Shown piece by piece: positions 12,671 to 19,533 of a stretch of 64,000 nucleotides of DNA; the stretch's first letter is position 1; each line of letters starts with the position of its first letter. This DNA comes from Peptococcaceae bacterium 1109 (GTDB lineage: Bacteria > Bacillota > Limnochordia > Darwinibacteriales > Darwinibacteriaceae): NCBI GenBank assembly GCA_001028815.1, contig LDJB01000004.1, positions 147,123-211,122 on the forward strand, in the 5' to 3' direction. The notes under the pieces were generated by a model. The model was given only the letters and a program-made list of their open reading frames with translations. It searched no databases and was not told the origin of the DNA. Both the position numbers and the translations under genes were made by a program.

Positions 12671-13684
12671 CTAACTCCTTTTCCCCAACGAATGCAGGTA
12701 CATCAAAGGAGTGAGGTAAATCCGCTCCAGCATCTCTTTATCCCCCAGCTCGTGGAACAACCCTTTGTCAGGCTTGCCGTTCACTTCAATGATCCACGGT
12801 TTTCCCTGGGGATCCACGATAAAATCAACGCAGATTTCCCCTAGGCTCCCCAGGGAGCCATCAAGCTGGCGGGCAGCTAAGATGGCAAGCTTCCTCATGA
12901 GCTGGTGAATGGGCATGGCTCGCCCTTTGAAAACAGGCAAGACCTTCCGGGGATGATATAGAGCCCGATAGTAGTTAGTAGTAAAGACTCCTGGCGCAGT
13001 CACCCGGCTGAGCTCGCCTGCCACTTCCCACGCGCCGTGGCGGTTCTTCTGCACCACCAGGCGCACATCAAAACGCCCGCCTTCATAAAGCGCCCCTTCC
13101 ACATGGCTTTGCAGCACGTACGGCGTTTCGGCAATGGCGAGGTCCAAGAAGGCAGAGAAAAGCTCCCCTGAAGGAATGGGAAGGGGAATGCTCATACCGC
13201 TAGTTACCAGTACGAAATCGCCCGCCGGTTCCAGCAGGTAAACTCCCCGCCCCGATTGGCCTTTGCGGGGTTTGATCACCCACTTGCCCCCTTGAGCTAA
13301 CAACGATGTAACCTCTTGCCCGATGCAGGCCCGAGCCTCAGGCAAAAAGGGCCTCAGTGGTTCATTGCTATGGAGTAGCTCATGTACCTGGAGCTTGTCA
13401 AAGTGAGTAGTGGTATTGAACACCTTTCCTTTCCCCAGGGCCTCTTCCAACGCGGAGATTACTTCTCGCTGCCCAGGATAGCAGCGGTTGTACACCGCTC
13501 TTGGAAGGGGGTAGACCCCCTCATACCATCGTCCCCAGCTTAGAAGGAGCCCCGAGGCCCTTCTTGTTGTCCAGTCAATGGTGTTGGAAGCAAAGACCAG
13601 CAGGCGGAAGCCGTACTTGCGAGAGAGTTCTTGGTAGTAGGGGAGTCGCTGCGCTTGGTCCATTAGTAAGCCCATTAGAGCCAC
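12671..13684 (-). CDS. YheC/YheD-family ATP-grasp protein (spore-coat-associated family in Bacillus)
   Basis: LPLPRAVYNRC, WVIKPRKGQSGRGVYLL and WIIEVNGKPDKGLF resemble the ATPgrasp_YheCD family. The start is ambiguous (GTG 13684, ATG 13675 or ATG 13663). Confidence 0.75.
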   Translation of the reverse strand: MALMGLLMDQAQRLPYYQELSRKYGFRLLVFASNTIDWTTRRASGLLLSWGRWYEGVYPLPRAVYNRCYPGQREVISALEEALGKGKVFNTTTHFDKLQVHELLHSNEPLRPFLPEARACIGQEVTSLLAQGGKWVIKPRKGQSGRGVYLLEPAGDFVLVTSGMSIPLPIPSGELFSAFLDLAIAETPYVLQSHVEGALYEGGRFDVRLVVQKNRHGAWEVAGELSRVTAPGVFTTNYYRALYHPRKVLPVFKGRAMPIHQLMRKLAILAARQLDGSLGSLGEICVDFIVDPQGKPWIIEVNGKPDKGLFHELGDKEMLERIYLTPLMYLHSLGKRS

Positions 13685-13805
13685 GGGACACCGCTCCTAA
13701 GTAAGGAAAAATAGGAGAGTAGTAGTAAGGCGCCAACCTAGCTTGAACATACCCTAGAACAAGAGCTGAGGTACTCTCAACTACTCGCTCCAAGGAGGTG
13801 GCACC

Positions 13806-13886
13806 GTGAACAATCAGCAGGAAACCTTCATTGTGTTCGTTGCGCTCATTCTCATCGTGGTACTGGCTGTGATTCTCCTTGCCTAG
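13806..13886 (+). CDS. 26-aa hydrophobic micro-protein (tiny single-TM peptide), copy 1
   Basis: SD AAGGAGGTG 6 nt before GTG. Product MNNQQETFIVFVALILIVVLAVILLA. Residues 5-26 are identical to copy 2 despite 9 silent codon differences. A strong terminator follows. It is below the size cutoff of the ORF track. Confidence 0.65.
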   Translation: MNNQQETFIVFVALILIVVLAVILLA

Positions 13887-13892
13887 CGAATC

Positions 13893-13923
13893 AGAGATGG
13901 GTCGGCCCCATCTCTTCTTTTTT
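13893..13923 (+). terminator. Rho-independent terminator of micro-ORF copy 1
   Basis: AGAGATGGG-tcggc-CCCATCTCT followed by tcttttttt. Confidence 0.8.
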
Positions 13924-13958
13924 AGTATATGAGTACCTATAGAATCGGGAACGGGTTC

Positions 13959-13987
13959 CTGATAGCTATTCCCTCTGAGACTAATAT
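13959..13987 (+). promoter_or_regulatory. Promoter-like element for 92-aa ORF copy 1
   Basis: CTGATA-17 nt-TAATAT. Both hexamers are conserved in copy 2 while the spacer sequence is not. Confidence 0.5.
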
Positions 13988-14013
13988 CATAGGAACAAAG
14001 GAGGTGCATCTAA

Positions 14014-14292
14014 ATGGCCGCGGGCAACAATGGTTCTAATCAAACGTTTGACACACTACTGCGGCTGCTTCCGAGCATAATCGCTGCTTACCCCACCTTC
14101 ATGTCTCTGCTCAGTGAACACGGGGGTGAAAAAATCGACTTCACTCAGATAGTGACTGCCCTACCGCAGATCCTGGAAGAGGTGCGCAATGCACGGCCAG
14201 AACAGTTGGAGCAATTGATGACCCATATCGCGGAGACATTTCCAGGCCTCGAAGGGCTACTAATACGAAAAGGAGGGGAGATAGATGGGTAG
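14014..14292 (+). CDS. Hypothetical 92-aa helical protein, paralog A
   Basis: SD AAAGGAGGTG. MAAGNNGSNQTFDTLLRLLPSIIAAYPTFMSLL... About 49/92 positions are identical, without gaps, to the ORF at 14759-15037. No family recognised with confidence. Confidence 0.7.
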   Translation: MAAGNNGSNQTFDTLLRLLPSIIAAYPTFMSLLSEHGGEKIDFTQIVTALPQILEEVRNARPEQLEQLMTHIAETFPGLEGLLIRKGGEIDG

Positions 14293-14380
14293 GCCGGTTC
14301 CTTGCTGTCAACTAGATCCCTTGATGGTGATCTTTATCCTTTTCCTAGTAACATTAGTGATCATCGCGGCGAGAACGTGA
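14285..14380 (+). CDS. 31-aa micro-protein with CC motif and one TM segment (candidate)
   Basis: ATG 14285 overlaps the last codons of paralog A, with AGGAGGGGAG 8 nt upstream. Product MGRPVPCCQLDPLMVIFILFLVTLVIIAART. A strong terminator follows directly. Confidence 0.45.
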   Translation: MGRPVPCCQLDPLMVIFILFLVTLVIIAART

Positions 14381-14385
14381 TGATT

Positions 14386-14422
14386 GCGCCCAGACTAGGT
14401 ATGCCGTAGTCTGGGCGCTTTT
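14386..14422 (+). terminator. Rho-independent terminator after unit 1
   Basis: GCGCCCAGACTA-ggtatgccg-TAGTCTGGGCGC followed by tttt. Confidence 0.75.
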
Positions 14423-14552
14423 CCCATGTGGAGGACTCTTGCTCGAGCGCGTGCAAAATAGGAAGTGGGTAATAAAGCATTTACAGCCATCTGACATACC
14501 TTGAACTGAGAGCGGGCAGACTCTCAACTAACCGCTTCAAGGAGGTGGCAAC

Positions 14553-14633
14553 TTGAACGACAATCAGGAGACCTTCATCGTCTTTGTAGCTTTGATTCTC
14601 ATCGTGGTGCTGGCTGTGATTCTCCTTGCTTAG
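14553..14633 (+). CDS. 26-aa hydrophobic micro-protein, copy 2
   Basis: SD AAGGAGGTG then TTG. Product MNDNQETFIVFVALILIVVLAVILLA. See copy 1 for the silent-substitution argument. Confidence 0.65.
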   Translation: MNDNQETFIVFVALILIVVLAVILLA

Positions 14634-14639
14634 CGAATC

Positions 14640-14672
14640 AGAGATGGGGGTAACACCCCATCTCTTCTCATT
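14640..14672 (+). terminator. Hairpin terminator of micro-ORF copy 2
   Basis: AGAGATGGGG-gtaaca-CCCCATCTCT followed by a weak tctcatt tail. Confidence 0.55.
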
Positions 14673-14704
14673 GTATGCATGGGCCCTGAATAGGGACTCC
14701 ATTC

Positions 14705-14733
14705 CTGATAGCTAAACTAGTGCGGGCTAATAT
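14705..14733 (+). promoter_or_regulatory. Promoter-like element for 92-aa ORF copy 2
   Basis: CTGATA-17 nt-TAATAT, with the same hexamers and spacing as at 13959-13987. Confidence 0.5.
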
Positions 14734-14758
14734 CATAGAGGCAAAGGAGGTGTGTAGG

Positions 14759-15037
14759 ATGGCTGCTAGCAATACCGGATCCAACCAGTCTTTTGACACA
14801 TTGCTGAGACTGCTCCCCGGCTTGGTCGCTTGTTATCCCGCGTTCATGTCCATTCTCGGCGATCAAGGGGTTGATAAGTCCCAGCTAAACCAGCTCACTG
14901 CTGCACTGCCGCAGATACTGGAAAAACTAAGGCAAGCAGAACCAGAAAAGCTGGAGGCGTTGGTCGCCGAAATAACTCAGGCCGTTCCCGGCCTGGAAGA
15001 TGTTCTGCCAAAACAAGAGAGGCGCAAAAGAGGATAG
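14759..15037 (+). CDS. Hypothetical 92-aa helical protein, paralog B
   Basis: ATG 14759 with SD AAAGGAGGTG aligns with the paralog A start; the track start 14720 (GTG) lacks an SD. MAASNTGSNQSFDTLLRLLPGLVACYPAFMSIL... Confidence 0.7.
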   Translation: MAASNTGSNQSFDTLLRLLPGLVACYPAFMSILGDQGVDKSQLNQLTAALPQILEKLRQAEPEKLEALVAEITQAVPGLEDVLPKQERRKRG

Positions 15038-15056
15038 ACCCTCTAAACGAGGATAG

Positions 15057-15088
15057 GGCCCAGCCTAGCAGGTACACTAGACTGGGCC
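15057..15088. terminator. Hairpin between convergent paralog B and alcohol dehydrogenase genes
   Basis: GGCCCAGcCTAG-caggtaca-CTAGaCTGGGCC. Confidence 0.6.
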
Positions 15089-15101
15089 TCATTCTGCGCA
15101 G

Positions 15102-16271
15102 CTATACTGCGAGCCGATAGATTTCTAAGACATCTGCTTCCGTGAGCTTAACGAAGTTACCAACGGTGTGGGTGCCGTTCCCAGTACACTTAGCGGCCAT
15201 TTCTTCCAGACGGTCGTCAGGAATATCCGCATCCGCGAGCCTGGTAGGCAAGCCGATCCGCTTAAAGAACTCTTCCAGGCGGCGAATGCCTTCCAGGGCC
15301 GTTTTCTCTGGATCGTGGTAATCTGGATCTACACCCCACACCCTGGCAGCAAACTGCACAAACCGGGCTACATCGTGCTTATACACATACTTCATCCATG
15401 CTGGGAAGATGATGGCCAGCCCCGCTCCGTGGGCGAGATCGTAAATTCCGCTGAGCTCGTGTTCGATCACATGGGAAGCCCAGTCGCCAATACGGCCAGT
15501 ACCCAACAGGTCGTTATGCGCAATAGTGCCTGCCCACATGATGTTCGCTCGGACATCGTAGTTCTGCGGTTCCTCCAAGGCTCGTGGTGCATGTTTGATA
15601 ATACTCCTCAGGGCCGCTTCACAGAGCTGATCAGTAAGGTCCACATCCCGCACATTGGTGAAATACCTCTCCATAATATGGGCCATCATGTCCGCCACTC
15701 CACAAGCAGTTTGGTAAGGCGGCAGGGTATAGGTCAACTCCGGATTCATGATGGCAAACTTCGGCCGGAGGATCACATGGTCGCAGGAGCGCTTCAGCCA
15801 GCCGTCCTCGTTAGTGATCACCGATCCGGTGCTGGCCTCGCTCCCTGCAGCGGGAATGGTCAAGACCACTCCTAGGGGAAGGGCCTCTTTGGGCTCTGCC
15901 TTGCCAGAATAGAAATCCCACACATCACCCTCATATTGAACACCTAAGGCCATGGCTTTGGCAGAATCGATTACACTCCCGCCCCCTATAGCCAAGATGA
16001 ACCCAATACCCTGTTCCCGGATAAGCTTAATGCCTTCCCGCACTAGGCTGACCCTTGGGTTAGGCTGTGCACCACCCAATTCAATATAGCTTACCCCAGC
16101 GTGCTTTAAGGATTCCTCTACCCGAGCTTTTAGGCCCGTGCGAACAATGTGCCCGCCTCCATAGTGGAGCAGAACCTTATCGGCCCATGCCGCAGTTTCC
16201 ACGCCCACTTGCTCTTCTGCGTTTCGCCCGAAGACAATTTTGGTGCAGTTAGAAAACACAAAATTCTCCAT
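15102..16271 (-). CDS. Iron-containing (group III) alcohol dehydrogenase, butanol-dehydrogenase/YqhD-like
   Basis: MENFVFSNCTKIVFG..., GGGSVIDSAKA and His-rich metal-site blocks (HVIEHELSG..HGAGLA). ATG 16271 with GGAGGT upstream is preferred over the track start 16367. Confidence 0.9.
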   Translation of the reverse strand: MENFVFSNCTKIVFGRNAEEQVGVETAAWADKVLLHYGGGHIVRTGLKARVEESLKHAGVSYIELGGAQPNPRVSLVREGIKLIREQGIGFILAIGGGSVIDSAKAMALGVQYEGDVWDFYSGKAEPKEALPLGVVLTIPAAGSEASTGSVITNEDGWLKRSCDHVILRPKFAIMNPELTYTLPPYQTACGVADMMAHIMERYFTNVRDVDLTDQLCEAALRSIIKHAPRALEEPQNYDVRANIMWAGTIAHNDLLGTGRIGDWASHVIEHELSGIYDLAHGAGLAIIFPAWMKYVYKHDVARFVQFAARVWGVDPDYHDPEKTALEGIRRLEEFFKRIGLPTRLADADIPDDRLEEMAAKCTGNGTHTVGNFVKLTEADVLEIYRLAV

Positions 16272-16398
16272 GTTGTAACCTCCTTCGTCCGGACATTTGC
16301 ATATATACTTCCCCTTAACCGGGAAAACTCCTATCAAGTTGACAGACCATTTCTCTGTTCGGTACAATTAAGCGAGAAAGGCATAAGGAGAGGACTGC

Positions 16399-17109
16399 AT
16401 GGGAAGACACATTATTTGCGATGTGGACGGCTGCCTCGTGCCGCCACGGGGACACAAGTGGGATTTCAAGTCTCTGGCTATTCTCGCGGATCAAATCAGC
16501 AAACAGGAGTTTATCTTTACCCTTTGCTCAGGCCGGCCCGCGACATTTATGGAGGCACTAGCCAGACAGCTCACCATCACCAGCCCAATGATCTGCGAAA
16601 ACGGCTCTCTGCTCTTTGATCCCCAGACGAAGAGGGGCATAGTTCATCCCAACATCCCCCAGGAGTTCATGAAAGAGCGCGGCAACATCCACAGGGCAAT
16701 CGAAGAGCTCATTGCGGGAACCGATGCCGTCATCGAACTTGGTAAAGATGTGATGTTCAGCGTCAACTCTACCAATCCGGGACAGTTTGGCGATCTCATG
16801 CCCCGCATCCAGGAAGCTCTCCAAGGAGCTCCTGTGAATATCCAGTTTTCCGGGCGTTCCATTGAAGTAATACCCCGCGGTGTCACTAAGGCTCAGGGAT
16901 TGGCCTTCTGGGCAGAAACCATGGGGGTCCAGATCAGCGACACGGTTTCCATCGGCGATGCTGACAATGACCTGGAAATCCTCAGGGCAGCTGGCCACGC
17001 TGCGGCTCCTGCCAACTGCACCCCTAACGTGCAGGCTATCGCTGAGTACATATCCCCTTACCCTATGGTTGAGGGAGTATTGGACATCGTTGCTCACTAT
17101 ACTGCTTAA
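16399..17109 (+). CDS. HAD-superfamily hydrolase, subfamily IIB (Cof-type phosphatase)
   Basis: DVDGCL nucleophile motif, CSGRP, and SIGDADNDLEIL motif IV. Confidence 0.75.
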   Translation: MGRHIICDVDGCLVPPRGHKWDFKSLAILADQISKQEFIFTLCSGRPATFMEALARQLTITSPMICENGSLLFDPQTKRGIVHPNIPQEFMKERGNIHRAIEELIAGTDAVIELGKDVMFSVNSTNPGQFGDLMPRIQEALQGAPVNIQFSGRSIEVIPRGVTKAQGLAFWAETMGVQISDTVSIGDADNDLEILRAAGHAAAPANCTPNVQAIAEYISPYPMVEGVLDIVAHYTA

Positions 17110-17156
17110 GATCAGAAGGCCGGGGCCCTTTGGAGGGCAACCCGGCTTTCTCGTTG

Positions 17157-18182
17157 TTACTTGTGTTCCCGTGGTACGCCAGTAGAGTTGCGCACCACTA
17201 GTTGTGTCTGCAAAATCTGCCTATCTTCCCCTTCTGGCACGTCCCGATCTTCAATCATGGCGATGAGCCGTTCCGCTGCCAGGTAGCCTAGGCGGGATAT
17301 TGGCTGGCGTACTGTAGTCAGTTTAGGATCGCTTTCTTGGGAAAGGGGAATGTCATCAAACCCCACGATGGACAAATCCTCAGGGATACGATAGCCCATA
17401 TCCCGGGCTGCGCTTATGGCACCGTGGGCCATGAGGTCACTTGCGCAGGCAATCGCGGTGATCCCCTGGTTGTTGCTCAAGAGCAGCCGGGCACCTAACA
17501 TTCCCGACACCTGGGTAAAATCACCGGTATACACATCGGCCACGTGAAGGCCTGCCTCCGCGAGAGCCCGCTGGAAACCGTGGTAACGCTGAACAGCGTT
17601 CTCCGAGCGCATATCACCCGTGATGTAGCCAATCTGCCTGTGGCCAAGCTCTAAGAGATGCTGAGCGGCAAGGTAAGACCCTCGCTCGTTATCTACATCC
17701 AGGGAGATCACGTCCGGGAGATAGCAAGTACCGATGAGCGTAAAAGGGATGTTGGCAGCCTGCAGGCGAGCTACTTCTTCGCTGTCCCGGGCAGTGCAGA
17801 CCATAATAATCCCATCGACCCGCCTTTGGTTGATCACGCTCATCACAACCCGCCCAAAGTCCTCCACCCCGGTGAGCAGGGAGAGGAGGAGAAAATAGTC
17901 CTCCTGGGTCACCACCGTGCATATCCCTTTTAGAAGCTCAGCGAAATACGGGTCTGAAAATACATATTCCGCGGTGTGAGGTATGACCAATCCCACAGTG
18001 CGTGTCTGGTTCTTGACCAAACCCCGGGCAAGTGCGTTGGGCTGATACCCCAGCTCCTTGATTGCCTGGAGCACCCGCGCCCGGGTCTCATCGGAAACGC
18101 GGCTAGAGTTGTTCAGTACGTAGCTTACAGTGGCAGTGGATACCCTTGCCCGCTTAGCCACGTCACTAATGGTGACACGCAA
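17157..18182 (-). CDS. LacI-family transcriptional regulator
   Basis: N-terminal HTH VTISDVAKRARVSTATVSYVLNN plus a periplasmic-binding-protein-like sugar domain. The start codon abuts the stop of the upstream GH130 gene. Confidence 0.9.
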   Translation of the reverse strand: MRVTISDVAKRARVSTATVSYVLNNSSRVSDETRARVLQAIKELGYQPNALARGLVKNQTRTVGLVIPHTAEYVFSDPYFAELLKGICTVVTQEDYFLLLSLLTGVEDFGRVVMSVINQRRVDGIIMVCTARDSEEVARLQAANIPFTLIGTCYLPDVISLDVDNERGSYLAAQHLLELGHRQIGYITGDMRSENAVQRYHGFQRALAEAGLHVADVYTGDFTQVSGMLGARLLLSNNQGITAIACASDLMAHGAISAARDMGYRIPEDLSIVGFDDIPLSQESDPKLTTVRQPISRLGYLAAERLIAMIEDRDVPEGEDRQILQTQLVVRNSTGVPREHK

Positions 18183-19199
18183 TCATACCACCTCATCACC
18201 TAATATAGACACGTCCAAGGCATTCTCCTTGACAAACTCCACAAGCTCTTGAACGTAGCCGAAGGCGATGCCTGTTACCGTATCTGCTCCCCCATAGTAC
18301 ATGGCCATTCTCCCCGTTTCGCTGTCTACCAAAGCCGCACAGGGGAACACCACGTTCGGCACATCTCCCACGCATTCATATAGAGTCTGAGGGGATAGGA
18401 TGTATGGGCGTGTCCGAGCCTTTACTTTCCACGGTTCATCTAAATCTAAGAGAGCTGCTCCTACACTGTAGACAAACCCATTGCATGATGTAAGTACCCC
18501 ATGATATATCATGAGCCAGCCTTCGCTGGTCTCAATGGGAATAGGGCCTGCTCCGATCTTGGTGGACTGCCACCCCCATGCCGGGCTCATGACGTGCCTG
18601 TGCTTACCCCAGTGGATCAGATCTGGGCTTTCGCTGTAGAAAATATCTCCAAAGGGGGTGTGGCCAGTGTCGCTAGGGCGGCTGAGCATGGCGTACTTGC
18701 CGTTGATCTTCCGGGGAAACATCACCCCATTGCGGTTGTAGGGGAGAAAGGCGTTCTCCAGCTGGTAAAACTTCTGAAAGTCATACGTATAGGCAACCCC
18801 GATGGTGGGGCCGTGATAGCCATTGCACCACGTGACGTAGTAGCGATCTTCAATCCAGCACACCCTGGGATCATAGCCGTACACGAACTTGCCCACTTCA
18901 GGATCGTCGCAGATAAACTCAATCGGGGTGTGCTCGATCTCCCAGTTCAACCCATCTGCACTTCTCCCCGCGTGGAGGCACATTTCCCGGGCTTTGTTAT
19001 CTACCCGGAAAACACCTCGGAATTCTCCTTGGTAAGGTACCACCGCGCTGTTAAAGATGCTGTTGGCGCAAGGAATCAGATCCCGAGGGATAACAGGGTT
19101 CTCAGCATAGCGCCACAGGACATCTGTGCACCCTGCAGGCCGGTCTTGCCAGGGAACGTTAGGCAGCGCCTTGCCCACGATTTTCAGTGTTCCACTCAA
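18183..19199 (-). CDS. Glycoside hydrolase family 130 (beta-mannoside phosphorylase type)
   Basis: [34 protein letters not shown] and [24 protein letters not shown] are typical GH130 blocks; 338 aa. Confidence 0.85.
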   Translation of the reverse strand: MSGTLKIVGKALPNVPWQDRPAGCTDVLWRYAENPVIPRDLIPCANSIFNSAVVPYQGEFRGVFRVDNKAREMCLHAGRSADGLNWEIEHTPIEFICDDPEVGKFVYGYDPRVCWIEDRYYVTWCNGYHGPTIGVAYTYDFQKFYQLENAFLPYNRNGVMFPRKINGKYAMLSRPSDTGHTPFGDIFYSESPDLIHWGKHRHVMSPAWGWQSTKIGAGPIPIETSEGWLMIYHGVLTSCNGFVYSVGAALLDLDEPWKVKARTRPYILSPQTLYECVGDVPNVVFPCAALVDSETGRMAMYYGGADTVTGIAFGYVQELVEFVKENALDVSILGDEVV

Positions 19200-19216
19200 G
19201 CTCCATCACCCTCCAG

Positions 19217-19228
19217 TTAATCGTTTAA
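19217..19228. promoter_or_regulatory. Candidate LacI-family operator 1 (TTAAtCGtTTAA)
   Basis: CG-centred pseudo-palindrome TTAA-N-CG-N-TTAA just upstream of the GH130 start. The same motif recurs at 19435-19448. Confidence 0.4.
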
Positions 19229-19434
19229 ACTCCCACCAGGACATAGTAGTCCGTCTATCGCATGTATGAGTCTATTCTGCAGTCTTGGACCATTTTCCTT
19301 CTCCATCCAAATTTAGTCAAACTTACTAGCAATTTGTATGAGGTGGAAGGAATTTGTGTTTAGAAAACGAAATTATAGAGCAGAACAGGGATCGTTTCTG
19401 CATTTATCGGCGATTTTTCGAGGTAGGCGACACG

Positions 19435-19448
19435 CTTAAACGCTTAAG
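19435..19448. promoter_or_regulatory. Candidate LacI-family operator 2 (CTTAAaCGcTTAAG)
   Basis: CG-centred pseudo-palindrome about 85 nt upstream of the binding-protein gene. Confidence 0.4.
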
Positions 19449-19533
19449 TTCTCTCACCGTACTTTACTGGTCGTAATCCCAAGTGAAAATTGGGATTTTC
19501 AGACATATAACCAACAAAGGAGAGGTGTTGTGA

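Larger units (their letters stand above)
13708..15037 (+). repeat. Tandem direct duplication, period 747 bp (unit 1 13708-14292, unit 2 14455-15037)
   Basis: Landmarks recur at +747. These are AAAATAGGA (13708/14455), ACATACC (13747/14494), the micro-ORF starts (13806/14553) and CTGATA-17-TAATAT (13959/14705). The 92-codon ORF starts follow (14014/14759, +745). Confidence 0.85.

Noticed and set aside
13806-13923. Micro-ORF plus terminator acting as a leader-peptide attenuator for the downstream 92-aa gene.
   Set aside because: The terminator is intrinsic and strong, and no alternative antiterminator pairing is evident. The 92-aa gene has its own conserved promoter-like hexamers downstream of the terminator. 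Selection acts on the peptide sequence across its whole TM segment.
13575-14009. 144-aa minus-strand ORF in the track, plus its partner 14481-14702 (73 aa). They share a similar peptide segment (PISDSLGKENHSQYHDENE / PISDSLSKENHSQHHDENQ).
   Set aside because: They are the reverse-complement shadows of the duplicated plus-strand micro-ORFs and their terminators. They lack SD sequences. The silent-site pattern fits the plus-strand 26-aa frame, not these frames.
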